Shown here: positions 52,029-62,966 of the stretch, piece after piece | Numbering within the stretch: the first letter of the stretch is position 1 | Layout of the letters: every line of letters begins with the position of its first letter | DNA from: Thermoanaerobaculia bacterium | GTDB taxonomy: Bacteria; Acidobacteriota; Thermoanaerobaculia; Multivoradales; Multivoraceae | NCBI GenBank assembly: GCA_963664405.1 | Contig: OY761158.1 | Coordinates: 2,560,001-2,624,000 of the forward strand | Reading direction: 5' to 3' | Length of the DNA: 64,000 nucleotides | Notes under the pieces: model-generated | The model's database searches: none | What the model saw: the letters and a program-made list of their open reading frames with translations, nothing else | Told to the model about the DNA's origin: nothing | Translations under genes and position numbers: made by a program

Positions 52029-52220
52029 TTGGCCGACCTGCCCGGCACGGTCCAGGCGCTCCGCGAAACTCCACCACCAGCGCGGCGGGGCTTCACCCAA
52101 TCCGATCAGGTGCACCAACTTGTCACGGCCAGCGAAGCCGACTCCGATCTAGGTTTCATGGCGCGGATGATGGTGCTGTGCAGTCTGTCCCGCACCAACC
52201 CCGGCAACCGGCATCAGTCG
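52029..52220 (+). pseudogene. Plasmid replication protein RepA fragment
   Basis: FTQSDQVHQLVTASEADSDLGFMARMMVLCSLSRTNPG. Confidence 0.55.
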
Positions 52221-52254
52221 AAGAGCACATCAGGGAACGCCCGACGCTTGATGA

Positions 52255-52880
52255 CTATTTTTTTTCCCAAGGATGAGCCTCCGGCGGGTCAGGCACGTTG
52301 ACGTATGCCCTTCTAGCGGCCTCCTCGGCCTCTTCTCTCGAGAGCCCGGCTTCGTACTCCATGATGGCGGCGCGCTCATCGTAGGCTTCGCGGTGGGCCT
52401 CTTCGTTGCTATGTCCACCGCTGGACATAGCAGGCGAGCTTCCTACCTCGAGCACACCGGCTGCCCATGCCGCGGCGACGTCTTTCTCGCCGCCGTAGGC
52501 GCTGATCGTGAGGGTCTCGACGCGCTTTCCGCGCATCACGGCACCCTTGGCAAGCTTGCGCCATGCGTCGGTGCCGGCCTGGTCGGCATCGAAGGCGAAG
52601 ACGAGCTCGGCCACCTGCCGAAACCATGACCAGCGCCAACCACCGACACCAAACACCGCCACCACTCTCTCTACGCCGGCCTCGAGGAGAGCCAGGGCAT
52701 CAAAAGCACCCTCAACAACCCACACAGGGCCATCCTGGGAGCCTGTGAGGGCCTGAGCGTTGAAGTACCCCTTCACACCCTTCAGATGATCGTGTCGGCG
52801 CTCCTTGTGCGCTGAAGACGCGGTAGATCGCGCATAGAGAGAGACGAGCTCCCCGGCTAGGTTGGTGTGTGGCACCACCA
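52255..52880 (-). pseudogene. Toprim/primase C-terminal fragment
   Basis: VWVVEGAFDALAL, FAFDADQAG, KDVAA; tail EAYDERAAIMEYEAGLSREEAE. Confidence 0.7.
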
Positions 52881-53455
52881 CCAGGCCCTCGTATCGGCTG
52901 CCAAACGCCCTGAACCGTCCGCGCCCGTTACCACAGACCGCCCGCACGACCCGGTTGCCTCGCTCCTCCGGCTGGTCGAAGTAGCCCTCGTTGATCCCCC
53001 AGCAAAAGACGTGTTTGCGGTCCGCGACGCCCCGGCGCTCGAAGGCCGCCTTGATGTCGTCGTGCTCGAGGAGCAGCTTGGTAATGGTTTCATCCTCGCC
53101 GGAAAGCCGCATGTAGTTCTGGCCCGGCGTGTCGCGCCAATCGAGCATCGTGCCCGCTTGCAGATCGAGCACCGCCTCGTACCCTGCTTCGTTCTGCACC
53201 AGGTGCACCAGGACTTCGCGCCCGAAACGTATCGCCTTCCCGCCACGCCAGCACCTCGGATTTCGGCGGCTCGTGCAAACCGACATAGGCGATGACCATC
53301 TCCGAGTCGGTGCGGTCTGACTTCTGCAGGATGTCGTAGGCGGCCCAGTGCTCCGCGGCCGTCAGGTGATCGAGGGGGTGCTGGGGGGCCGCGACCAGAG
53401 AATCGACCGCCGCAATGAGCATGACGCATACCACGACGAGGTAACGTTTAGACAT
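52881..53455 (-). pseudogene. Copper amine oxidase N-terminal fragment
   Basis: Signal peptide, HPLDHLTAAE, LHEPPKSEVLAW, AFERRGV, RVVRA, EGLVVV; frameshift ~53225. Confidence 0.75.
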
Positions 53456-53751
53456 AGGTCCTCCCGGGAGAATCTGAATTATCTTCCAAATGGAGCGGCG
53501 CGCCCCTATTGCCCGAACCCCGGGGTGCGCTGCTACCGACGCCAACGCAGAGCTCGTGTCAAACCCATTTTGTACTCGTTCTGGAGAACCCGCCACCCGC
53601 CTTGACGCGCGCCCCCCGAATTCATTCCTCAACGATCACTTTTCGGCGAATATAGTCTAATTCCGTAAGGAGGAGCTGCTGCGGGGACTCAGCCTCCGGC
53701 GGCTTTTTCGACTCACGCTCCCCTGTAGAGGCTGCACCGGAGGTTTAGGCC

Positions 53752-55500
53752 ATGGACCACGCATCAGAACCGAAACGCTTCGAGATCAACCGAGCAAGAA
53801 GCCCCGTAAGACTGGCGATTCGAAGGTGGGTGCCCCTGCTCCTCCTCGGGGCGCTGAGCCTCGCCTCCCCCGCTCCGGGAGCCGATTGGCCGCAGTGGCG
53901 TGGGCCGAACCGCGACGGAGTCGCAGTCGGAAGCGAGCTGCCGGCGCAGCTTCCCGCCGCTCTCCACCCCCTTTGGGAGGTTCCCGTCGGCGTTGGGCAG
54001 TCCTCTCCGATCGTCGTCGGCGACCGCCTCTTCATCCACGCGCGACAGGGTGAGGAAGAAGTCGTCCTCGCCCTTTCGGCGTCGACCGGCAAAGAGCTGT
54101 GGCGGCATGCGTACACGGTTCCGTACGTGCCGGCGACCGCGGCAATCCAGTACGGCCCCGGCCCCAAGTCGACCATGCTGGCCGAAGGCGATTCGGTTTA
54201 CAGTTTCGGCATTCGCGAGCGTCTCCTCGCTCTGGATGCCAACTCTGGCGCGGTGCGCTGGGAGAAGACCTTCGAGGATGACTACAACCCGCCCTACCCG
54301 ATATGGGGAACGGCGGCGTCACCTCTGGTAGAGGGAAATCTGATCATCGTCCCGGTCGGCAACACCGGCTCAGCGGAGGAAGACGACCACGGAGCTCTGA
54401 TTGCCTTCGACAAGGCGACCGGGAAAGAGGTCTGGCGCGCAGACGGACCGCCCGCCTACGTCTCCCCGATGGCCTTCGACCTCGGAGGGGTCCGCCAGAT
54501 CGTGACGATGAGCAATGTGGCCTTCTTCGGCGTCCGGGCGAGTGACGGTGAGCTGCTGTGGTCGAAGGAGTTTACGACCGCCTTCTCCCAGAACACTCCC
54601 ACCACTATCCTCTACAAGGGCATGTTCATCCTCTCGGGCTACCAGGAGGGCGCCGCGGCGCTCCGGGTCGAGCCCCCGAAAGGGGACGGAGCTTGGAAGC
54701 TGACCGAGGTGTGGAAGACGACGCAGGCGGAGCTCTACATGGACTCGCCGGTGCGAGTCGGCGACTATCTGTACTTCCGCTCCTACAAGCGGGCCGGCAC
54801 CTTCGTCTGTCTCGATCCCATGACCGGCAAGATTGTCTGGCAGAGCCCAGGGCGGTGGGCGGCCTACTCGTCGGTCATCGCCGTCGGCGATCGCCTGCTC
54901 GCGCTGACCGACACCGCCGAGCTCAAGGTGATCGCGGCGGATCCAGAGGACTACCGGGAACTGGCCTCTTGGGAGGTGGCGAGCTCTGCCACATGGGCCC
55001 ACCTGGCGCTCTCCGGATCACGGCTCTACGTGAAAGACGAGGAGAACTTGGCAAGCTTCGACCTGGCTGCTGCTCGCTACACCAAAGCCTCCGACCGCCC
55101 CGCAGCGGGAGTCGTCGCCGAGTCGCGGCGAAGTGGAAGGGCTCGAGACTCACGAGATACCGAAGCTGTAGCTGCCATGATCCGCCAATGGATGGCGGCG
55201 ACAACGGCCGGGGATCTGGATCGGATGATGACCTATGTTGCCGAGGATTTCAGATCCGACACCGGCGCGTCGAGGGAGGTCTGGCGCCAATATCTCGGCC
55301 CCACCGCCGGCACCACGGCCGAGACCGAGTCGATGAAGATCGAATGGCAGGGTGCGACCGCCAGCGTCAGCGGTGTGCGATGGATCAGAGGCACCCTGAG
55401 TTTCGGACTCGCGTTGCTCGCCGACGAGCGCGACGGCGAGTGGCGCCTCACCTACTTCGAGTACCTCGGCAACAAGCCGGTCGAGGCGGGCCCGAACTGA
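53752..55500 (+). CDS. PQQ-binding-like beta-propeller protein with C-terminal SnoaL-like domain
   Basis: DWPQWRGPNRDG, SSPIV, repeated TGKExW. Confidence 0.85.
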   Translation: MDHASEPKRFEINRARSPVRLAIRRWVPLLLLGALSLASPAPGADWPQWRGPNRDGVAVGSELPAQLPAALHPLWEVPVGVGQSSPIVVGDRLFIHARQGEEEVVLALSASTGKELWRHAYTVPYVPATAAIQYGPGPKSTMLAEGDSVYSFGIRERLLALDANSGAVRWEKTFEDDYNPPYPIWGTAASPLVEGNLIIVPVGNTGSAEEDDHGALIAFDKATGKEVWRADGPPAYVSPMAFDLGGVRQIVTMSNVAFFGVRASDGELLWSKEFTTAFSQNTPTTILYKGMFILSGYQEGAAALRVEPPKGDGAWKLTEVWKTTQAELYMDSPVRVGDYLYFRSYKRAGTFVCLDPMTGKIVWQSPGRWAAYSSVIAVGDRLLALTDTAELKVIAADPEDYRELASWEVASSATWAHLALSGSRLYVKDEENLASFDLAAARYTKASDRPAAGVVAESRRSGRARDSRDTEAVAAMIRQWMAATTAGDLDRMMTYVAEDFRSDTGASREVWRQYLGPTAGTTAETESMKIEWQGATASVSGVRWIRGTLSFGLALLADERDGEWRLTYFEYLGNKPVEAGPN

Positions 55501-55546
55501 CAGGCGCTCGGCTTCTACACCCAACAGATCAGGAACGGAGGTCATC

Positions 55547-56320
55547 ATGTCGCTCGTCGATCATTCCATGGACGGCAAGGTAGAGCTGATCACCGGGGGC
55601 TCCAAGGGCATCGGTCGTGCCATCGCCCTGGCGTTTGCCGAGAACGGTGCCGATGTCGCGATCGCGGCCCGAGGTCTCGAGGCACTCGAGGCTACGGGTG
55701 GAGAGCTGCGGGAGCTCGGCCACCGCGCATTAGCGATTCCCGCCGATGTCGGTAGCACCGAAGCACTCGACGACCTCTACGAGCAGGTGGTCGCCGAGCT
55801 CGGTGGCATCGACATCCTGGTCAACAACGCAGCCACCGGCGGTGGCGGCACCCCGATCTCCGAGCTGAAGGAGGACGACTTCCAGCGGGTGATGGCAATC
55901 AACCTGTGGGGACCGATCAGGCTGTCGCAGCTGTGCCGGACCTCGATGAAAGAGCGCGGCGGCGGCATGATCATCAACATCGCGTCGAACGAGGGCGTCC
56001 GGGCGTCGCCAGGACTGGGCATCTACCCGCCCTCCAAGGCGGCGTTGATCAACTTCAGCCAGATGATCGGCAAGGAGTGGGCGAAGGACGGCATCCGCAC
56101 GGCTGCCATCGCTCCCGGTCTGGTCCGGACTGAACTGGCTGCGGGCCTGATCGAGTGGGTGGAGAAAAACAACATCGCCATCAACCCGATGGGCCGCATT
56201 GCGGAGCCGGAGGATATCGCGGCCCTGGTGTTGACCCTGGCGACTCAGGCAGGAAGGTTCACGACCGCTACCACCTACGTTCTGGACGGCGGTGAGCTGA
56301 GTGCAGGACCACTCGGCTAG
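55547..56320 (+). CDS. SDR family oxidoreductase
   Basis: TGGSKGIG, LVNNAA, YPPSK. Confidence 0.92.
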   Translation: MSLVDHSMDGKVELITGGSKGIGRAIALAFAENGADVAIAARGLEALEATGGELRELGHRALAIPADVGSTEALDDLYEQVVAELGGIDILVNNAATGGGGTPISELKEDDFQRVMAINLWGPIRLSQLCRTSMKERGGGMIINIASNEGVRASPGLGIYPPSKAALINFSQMIGKEWAKDGIRTAAIAPGLVRTELAAGLIEWVEKNNIAINPMGRIAEPEDIAALVLTLATQAGRFTTATTYVLDGGELSAGPLG

Positions 56321-56510
56321 ACAATCGGGAGCCTGCGCGCCCATCTCATCGCGGATATCGGTCGCGGCCGTCTACGCCGAGCCTGCAGGGTAGAGGGAAC
56401 TGCTATGTCCGAGAGAGATCGCTTTGATGAGCCACAACACGATGCAATCGATCTCATCAGGGATTTCAACACCGGCCTCTACAACCGAGTCACCAGTCCG
56501 GCGTGATGAT

Positions 56511-57782
56511 TCACCCGAGGTGGTCCGCGATCGCCCGGTTGACCGCGTCGGGAGCTTCCAGAGCGACCGCGTGACCCGCCCGCGGCTCGACGTGCAGCCG
56601 CGCTGCGGGGATGGCCCGGGCGATGGCGTCCGAGCCGGGCGTGAGCAGGTCCTCGCCGGCGGCGACGACGAGCGTCGGCACCGATAGCTTGGCGAGGTCG
56701 TCGACGCGGGTACCGGACCAGCTCGCCATTCCGGCGCTCATGCGGTCGAGTGTGGCGGCGGGAACTCGCGCCACGGTCTGGGACAGGCCTCGCAACATGC
56801 GACTGCGCACCGCGGTGTCAGCCAGGAGCCCCGATGAGAAGAACCAGGGCAGCAGCGCCGCGGCCAAGGTCTCGGGAGTCGTCTCGGCCGCCATGCGGCG
56901 CCAGCCCTCTGCCACCGCCAGCAGGCGCGGCGTGGTCTCGACGAAGGGTGTGATCAGGATGAGGGACTTCACGCGATCGGGCTGGTCCAGCGCGAGCTCC
57001 AGTGCCACAGCGGCACCGAGGCTGGCACCGATCACATGCGCAGCCCCTTCGTATACGGCAGCGGCATCCGACGCCATCTGGGCGACGCTGTAGGTTTCTG
57101 AATCGGGCGCGTCGGAGAGGCCCACGCCGCGCGGGTTGACGCCGCGCACCCGAAATCGCTCGGCCAACAGAGGCGCCTGCCGCGCGAAGGCCGAAACGTC
57201 GGTGCCGAGACCGGGCAGGAGGACGACGTCGTCCCCGCTACCGGCGTCGAGCACCTCCAGCCGCACGCCCTTGGCCACCTCGACCAGCGCTTCGCGTGCC
57301 GCCGCATGGGCTTCGACGTCCTGCTTCGTGACGCGCCCGCCCGGGCCTGTTCCGGCAACGCGTTGAAGATCGATCCCGAGTCTCTTGGCCAAGGCGCGCG
57401 CGGCGGGCACGATCGGCTTGCTGGCCGCCGCGGTCGACCTGGCTACGGAGGCTGGCGCGGTCTTCACCTGGAGCCCCGACGCGCTCTTGGGCTCTGGGCG
57501 ATCCTCGGTGGCTCGAAACGACTCGGCGTCGAACTCCTCTTCGACCGTGTCGGTGATGGCGCCAAGCAAGGTTCCACAGGGGACTGTGTCCCCCGTTTCG
57601 ATGTAGGTGTGCCGGAGGATGCCACTGGTCGCAGCCTCGATTTCGACTTCGGCCTTCTCGGACTCGATGATCAGGACGATCTCGCCCTTCTCGACCGGCT
57701 CGCCGATGGACAGCGGCCACTCGATGACCGTGCCCTCCTCCATGGTCATGCCGAGCTTCGGCATCGAGATCGCGGTGGCCAT
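56511..57782 (-). CDS. acoC: AcoC-like lipoyl/E3-binding/alpha-beta hydrolase protein
   Basis: MPKLGMTM, ESEKA lipoyl Lys, GTGPGGRVTKQDV, GASLG. Confidence 0.75.
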   Translation of the reverse strand: MATAISMPKLGMTMEEGTVIEWPLSIGEPVEKGEIVLIIESEKAEVEIEAATSGILRHTYIETGDTVPCGTLLGAITDTVEEEFDAESFRATEDRPEPKSASGLQVKTAPASVARSTAAASKPIVPAARALAKRLGIDLQRVAGTGPGGRVTKQDVEAHAAAREALVEVAKGVRLEVLDAGSGDDVVLLPGLGTDVSAFARQAPLLAERFRVRGVNPRGVGLSDAPDSETYSVAQMASDAAAVYEGAAHVIGASLGAAVALELALDQPDRVKSLILITPFVETTPRLLAVAEGWRRMAAETTPETLAAALLPWFFSSGLLADTAVRSRMLRGLSQTVARVPAATLDRMSAGMASWSGTRVDDLAKLSVPTLVVAAGEDLLTPGSDAIARAIPAARLHVEPRAGHAVALEAPDAVNRAIADHLG

Positions 57783-57788
57783 GTTCGC

Positions 57789-58796
57789 TCAGCCCATTTC
57801 GCCGACAGCGTCGAGAACGTCCTGGGCCGAGGGGACGAACGCCTGCTCTAGAACAGCGCTGAAAGGTACGGGCGTGTGCGGCGCCGTGACGCACTTCACG
57901 GGTGCCTGCAGGAAGTCGAAGCCGCGGTCGACACACAAGGCCGCCACGTCGCGGGCCACCGAACAGCGCGGTGTCGATTCGTCGATCACGACCAGACGCC
58001 CGGTCTTTTCGAGCGTGCGCAGGATCGCCCCTTCGTCGAGCGGCGAGAGCGAGCGTAGATCGAGGATCTCCGCACTGGTGCCGGCGCCGTCGAGCGCCTC
58101 GGCCGCCTCCACCGCCACCTTCACCATTGCCCCGAAAGCGACCAGGGAGACGTCGCTGCCCTCGCGGATCAAGTTGGCTTCGCCGAGGGGGATTTCGTAA
58201 TCACCCTCGGGAACCTCGCCGACCTCGTTCAAGATGCCCTTGGCTTCACAGAAGATCACGGGGTCGTCGTCGCGGATGGCGGCAAGCAGCAGCCCCTTCG
58301 CGTCCCGCGGCGACGACGGGATCACCGTCTTCAGACCGGGGATTCCTGTGGTGATCCAATACAGCGACTGGGAGTGTTGGGCGGCGGCCTGCATGCCGGC
58401 ACCGCTCACGGTGCGAACGGTGAGCGGCACCTTCACCTTGCCGCCGAACATGTAGCGGAGCTTCGCCGCCTGATTGAGCAGCGGGTCGAGACAGGTGCCG
58501 AGGAAGTCGATGAACATCAGCTCGGCGATCGGACGCAGCCCCGTAACCGCCGCGCCGACGGCCGTTCCGATCAGGCCCATCTCGGCGATCGGCGTATCGC
58601 GCACGCGGTTCATGCCGAACTCACCAACCAGGCCGCGCGTAGTGCCGAGCACGCCGCCCATCTCTTCGGTGCCTTCCGATGATCGATCGCCACCGCCTGC
58701 CACGTCCTCGCCGATCAGGATCACCTTCGGGTCGCTTCGCATCGCGATCGCGATGGCCTCGTTGATGGCACCGCCGGTGTTGAGTTCACGCGTCAT
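57789..58796 (-). CDS. acoB: 2-oxoacid/acetoin dehydrogenase E1 beta
   Basis: GEDV, RVRDTPIAE, QHSQS, DLRSLSPLD. Confidence 0.8.
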   Translation of the reverse strand: MTRELNTGGAINEAIAIAMRSDPKVILIGEDVAGGGDRSSEGTEEMGGVLGTTRGLVGEFGMNRVRDTPIAEMGLIGTAVGAAVTGLRPIAELMFIDFLGTCLDPLLNQAAKLRYMFGGKVKVPLTVRTVSGAGMQAAAQHSQSLYWITTGIPGLKTVIPSSPRDAKGLLLAAIRDDDPVIFCEAKGILNEVGEVPEGDYEIPLGEANLIREGSDVSLVAFGAMVKVAVEAAEALDGAGTSAEILDLRSLSPLDEGAILRTLEKTGRLVVIDESTPRCSVARDVAALCVDRGFDFLQAPVKCVTAPHTPVPFSAVLEQAFVPSAQDVLDAVGEMG

Positions 58797-59767
58797 TCGC
58801 TGTACCTCACGTAGACGTCCGTCAGGACGTCATCGGGAGTGGGCATCGGCCCCTGCTCGGCCTGCTCGAAGGCTTCGCTGAGAAAGGCGGCCACCTCGCC
58901 GTCGACCGTGCGGCAGTCGTCGGATTCGAGCAGGTTCGCTTCGGTAACCCGGGCTTCGAAGAGATCGAGCGGATCGCGGTTCTGGATCCAGTCCTCGGCT
59001 TCTTCCTTGTCGCGATACGGAGTCGTGTCGCCCACGTAGTGGCCGGAGAACCGATAGGTCTTGCATTCGAGGAGTGTCGGCCCCTCTCCCTGACGTGCCA
59101 GCTCGATCGCTTGTCCCGCCTTCTCGTAGACGTCGAAGAAATCCATGCCGTCGGCGATGACGGCCCGCATTCCGTAGGAAGACGCTCTCTCGACGATGTC
59201 CTTCACGGGCACTGCGAAATCGGTCGGCGTGAACTCGCCGAAGCCATTGTTCTCGCACACGTACACCGCGGGCAGCTTCCAGTTCGATGCCATGGTCAGC
59301 GATTCGTGGAACTGCCCCTGATTGGTAGCGCCATCACCGAAGAAGCTGACGGCGACGTTGCTCCGGCCCTGCACCTGCGCGCTGAGGGCGGCACCCGTCA
59401 CCAGCGGAATGCCGCCGCCGACGATTCCGTTCGCGCCGAGCATTCCCCTGTCGACGTCGGCGATATGCATGGAGCCACCCTTGCCCCGATTGGTCCCAGT
59501 GGTCCGGCCGAAGAGCTCGGCCATCATGGCCTTCACATCCACCCCCTTGGCGATGCAGTGGCCATGTCCCCGGTGGGTCGAGCCGACTTGATCGTCGTCA
59601 TCGAGGTGCGCACACACGCCCACCGCGATGGCTTCCTCGCCGGCGTACATGTGCATGAACCCCCCGACCTTGCCGGCAGCGACCAGCTCCTCGAGCTTCT
59701 CTTCGAACGATCGAATCGTTCGCATCAGACGGTAGACGTCGAGCAGTTCCGTTTGCGAGAAATCCAT
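58793..59767 (-). CDS. acoA: 2-oxoacid/acetoin dehydrogenase E1 alpha (TPP)
   Basis: STHRGHGH, GKGGSMH, FFGDGATN...CENN. Confidence 0.8.
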   Translation of the reverse strand: MDFSQTELLDVYRLMRTIRSFEEKLEELVAAGKVGGFMHMYAGEEAIAVGVCAHLDDDDQVGSTHRGHGHCIAKGVDVKAMMAELFGRTTGTNRGKGGSMHIADVDRGMLGANGIVGGGIPLVTGAALSAQVQGRSNVAVSFFGDGATNQGQFHESLTMASNWKLPAVYVCENNGFGEFTPTDFAVPVKDIVERASSYGMRAVIADGMDFFDVYEKAGQAIELARQGEGPTLLECKTYRFSGHYVGDTTPYRDKEEAEDWIQNRDPLDLFEARVTEANLLESDDCRTVDGEVAAFLSEAFEQAEQGPMPTPDDVLTDVYVRYSE

Positions 59768-59778
59768 GGCGCGCTCCT

Positions 59779-61165
59779 TTAGTCGTCGAAGGACCAGCTC
59801 TCGAGTCGATCCAAGCTCTTCGTATAGTGGCGTAGACAGATCGCCAAGCAGACGACGGCGAACGCCTTCGCGATTAACGCAGTCAAAGCCAGCGAGTAGT
59901 GCACCATCATCTCGTCTTTGAAGACGTAGTCGGTGACGATCGCCACGATTTGTGGGCCTAAGGCCGTGCCGAGAAGGCCGCCCACGAAAAGATAGACGGC
60001 CGTCGCCTGCCCGCGCATCTGATTCGGCATCATCTCGTGAATGGCCGCCACTGCAATCCCCCACGGCATCGCCCCGAAGAAGGAGGCAACGGCGTAGAGC
60101 ACGATGGCCAAGGTCGCGTTCGGCACCAGCGGGTAGGCCACGACGAGCGGCAAGGGGGCCAAGGCCGAGAACAGGCCGACGCGGATCGTGGCGTCACGGT
60201 AGCCGCGCTCCCCGAGCCAGTCGGCGAGCCAGCCGGCGGTCAGGATCCCGAGGGGGCCGACGGTGATAAGGACCACACCCAGCACCTTGCCGGTCAGAGC
60301 GGGCTCCCAGCCGTGGATGCGAATAAAGAGCGACGGTACCCAGGCGCCGGAACCGTAGCCGGCGAAGGAGAGCCAGGCGAAGCCGATGTTGTGGGTCAAG
60401 ACGGTCTTGGCGTTGCGACGGGCGTAGCGCAAGAAGGCCGAGAGCGGCAGCTTCGCCGCCCGTGCCGTGCCGTCCTCTCCTACTATTTTGTGCACTCCTC
60501 TGCGAATCGGCTCGCGTATTGTCAGGAGCAAGAGAGTGAGCGGAATGGTCGGCGTGGCGATGATAAAGAAGACCATCTGCCAGGATTTGCGCGGACCGAC
60601 GAAAGGCAGATCGTAAAGCGTGCCGGTTCCGACGAGTTCGAGGACGTAGCCGCCGACCAAATTGGCGAGACCGCCTCCCAGAAAGATCCCGAGGCCGTAG
60701 ACGCTCATAGCCGTGGAAAGGCGACGCCGCGGGAAGAGGTCGGTAATCAGGGAATAGGCCGATGGCCCAAGCGATGCCTCGCCGACTCCGACGCAGATTC
60801 GTGCCGCAAGAAGCTGAGAGTAGGTGCGTCCGAGTCCGAAGCTCACCGAGGCGAGCGACCAGAAGAACTGGCCGAGGGCGATCAACCAGCGCCGACTCAT
60901 CCGATCCGCCAGCCAACCGAGCGGCAGCCCGGCGATGATGTAGGAGATCGCAAACGAGGGGGCCCATGAGAAAACCCATCTGGGTGTCCGAGATCTTCAT
61001 GTCGGCCTTGATCGGGTCGACCAGGAGGCCGAGGATCTGCCGATCGAGAAAAGAGTTCAGATAGATCCCCGTCAGGATGAAGACGCAGTACCAGGCGTAG
61101 GCTGGCGCCGGGTAGGGCGACTCTCGCTCAGCTGCGGGCGAGGCTTGATCGGCCGTCTCTGACAT
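59779..61165 (-). CDS. Spinster-like MFS transporter (frameshift at G-run ~60960)
   Basis: NSFLDRQILGLL; LADRMSRR; GVGEASL. Confidence 0.85.
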
Positions 61166-61187
61166 CCCAATCCCGGGCGCCGTCGGC

Positions 61188-62396
61188 TCAGCCGAGCGCC
61201 TGGAAGGCGCGCGCTGTGCCGGCCAGGGCTTGGTCGATGTCGCGCTCGGTGTGCGCCACGGACAGGAACATGTTGTGCCAGGGGTGTAAGTAAACTCCGT
61301 TGGCGAGCGCATGCCCGCAGAACGCAAGGCCCTTCGATAGCTCGGGGTCGTCCTCGAACATCACGGTCGGCATCTGCGGCGGACCGGTCTGCTGGATCGC
61401 GTGGCCGTAGCGCTGCGCCTGCTCGGCAAGCCCGGCCCTGAACGCCTGGCCCAGCTCGAGGAGCCGGGTCGGCGCGTCGAGCTCCTCTACGACGTCGAGC
61501 GTCGCGAGCGCCGCCGCAAAGGGCGCGGCCTGATACCAGAACGAGCCCGTGACAAAGATCTGCGACGCGGCGTCCCGGTACGCCTCGCTGCCCAGAACTG
61601 CTGCAAGCGGCTCTCCGTTTGCTATCGCCTTGCCCCACGCCGAGAGGTCCGGCTCGACGCCAAGGGTCGCCCAGCTCGCATCCAGCGACAGACGCAACCC
61701 GGCCCGCACCTCGTCAAGGATGAGGGCGGCTCCCTCCGAGTCGCAGATCTGGCGCACCGCGCGGGCGAAGGCCGGGTCGACGAGCTCCTGCGGGTAGCCC
61801 GCGTCGTGCTTGAAGGCCGACACGGCGATTCCCGCGAGGTCGCCGGCGGAAGCCTCGGCGGCCGCGCGCAGGCTTTCTGTGTCGTTGTACGTGAACGTCG
61901 GGTAGTTCGCGTGCTCCTCTGCCGGCGTTCCACGCGACAAGTGGTTTGCCCACGGCTGAGAGCCGTGGTAAGCGCCGGCCGCAACCAGGATCTTGTGCTT
62001 CTCACTCTTGGCTCGCGCGACCATGTTGCAGACCGTCGTCGCATCGTTGCCGTTCTTCGCGAAGATCGCCCAGTCGGCGTGCCCGACTTGAGCTACCAGG
62101 CGCTCGGCCAAGTCCACGATGAGGGCCGGTGGGCCGTTCGCGATGTCGAGCGCGCCGCGCTGCGCATCGGCCGCAGCGCAGATGCGCGGATTGCGGTAGC
62201 CGGCAATCATGGGTCCGTACGAGCACATGAAGTCGATGTACTCGTTGTCGTCCACGTCCCACAGTCGGCAGCCTTCGGCACGCGCGAAGAACTGCGGGTA
62301 GTTCTTCGGCATCCTGTAGGACACCGACTGGTGCCCGTACATGCCTCCGGGAATCACCCGCTCGGCCCGAGCCCGCAACGCCTTATCGTTCTTCAT
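61188..62396 (-). CDS. Class III aminotransferase (GSA-aminomutase-like)
   Basis: GCRLWDVDDNEYIDF, LILDEVRAG, WGKAIANG. Confidence 0.88.
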   Translation of the reverse strand: MKNDKALRARAERVIPGGMYGHQSVSYRMPKNYPQFFARAEGCRLWDVDDNEYIDFMCSYGPMIAGYRNPRICAAADAQRGALDIANGPPALIVDLAERLVAQVGHADWAIFAKNGNDATTVCNMVARAKSEKHKILVAAGAYHGSQPWANHLSRGTPAEEHANYPTFTYNDTESLRAAAEASAGDLAGIAVSAFKHDAGYPQELVDPAFARAVRQICDSEGAALILDEVRAGLRLSLDASWATLGVEPDLSAWGKAIANGEPLAAVLGSEAYRDAASQIFVTGSFWYQAAPFAAALATLDVVEELDAPTRLLELGQAFRAGLAEQAQRYGHAIQQTGPPQMPTVMFEDDPELSKGLAFCGHALANGVYLHPWHNMFLSVAHTERDIDQALAGTARAFQALG

Positions 62397-62426
62397 GCTT
62401 TCTTTCCCGCGCGACCCTACCCGGAC

Positions 62427-62906
62427 TCACTTCTTTCGCTGCCAGACCAGATCGTACTCGGTCTCCCAGGTCTCGCCCCCGTCCGACGAAAGCAGCGATA
62501 GCTCGCGGATCCGGCCGTCGGGCAGGTTGAAGTAGCTGAAGCGGCCCGCCTTGCCCTTTGCCAAGCCTCCGCTTTCCTTGGTGACGAAGCGAAGTTCGTT
62601 GCCAACCATGTTTCCGTCTTCGAATAGCGAGCGCCGTCCGCCTGGCTTCGACTCTCCGGCAAAGAGCGCCCAGTTGTTCTCTTCGCTGCTGTAGGCGAGC
62701 AGGCAGAGAGAATCTGGAACGCCTTCGGCGAGGCCGGTCCACTTCTGGACCAGGTAACAGCCCTCGGGACCCAGCTCCCAGAGGGTTTTGCCAATAGGCG
62801 TACCGTCGCCGACGGTGACCTCCCATTCTCCGAGCAGAAAGTGCGCGGCGGCACCGGCGGGGTCCGCCAGCGCGGAAGATTGTGCGGGGCCTCGTGTCGA
62901 ACCCAT
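62427..62906 (-). CDS. Hypothetical protein, paralog of 63579-64000
   Basis: FLLGEWEV...SSDGGETWETEYDLVWQRKK. Confidence 0.7.
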   Translation of the reverse strand: MGSTRGPAQSSALADPAGAAAHFLLGEWEVTVGDGTPIGKTLWELGPEGCYLVQKWTGLAEGVPDSLCLLAYSSEENNWALFAGESKPGGRRSLFEDGNMVGNELRFVTKESGGLAKGKAGRFSYFNLPDGRIRELSLLSSDGGETWETEYDLVWQRKK

Positions 62907-62966
62907 GTCGTCCTCCTTCTGGAGCTGCGGCGCCCCGGGGGCAGCCCTCTCCGGCTCGCCGATTCG

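Noticed and set aside
53500-53740. Possible riboswitch or sRNA in the divergent intergenic region
   Set aside because: Only a TTGACG-like -35 and a weak hairpin with T-run; no recognisable aptamer
3270-60970. About eleven single frameshifts read as mass pseudogenisation or programmed frameshifting
   Set aside because: Genes are otherwise intact and several shifts sit in homopolymer runs (35380, 60960); long-read indel error is more parsimonious
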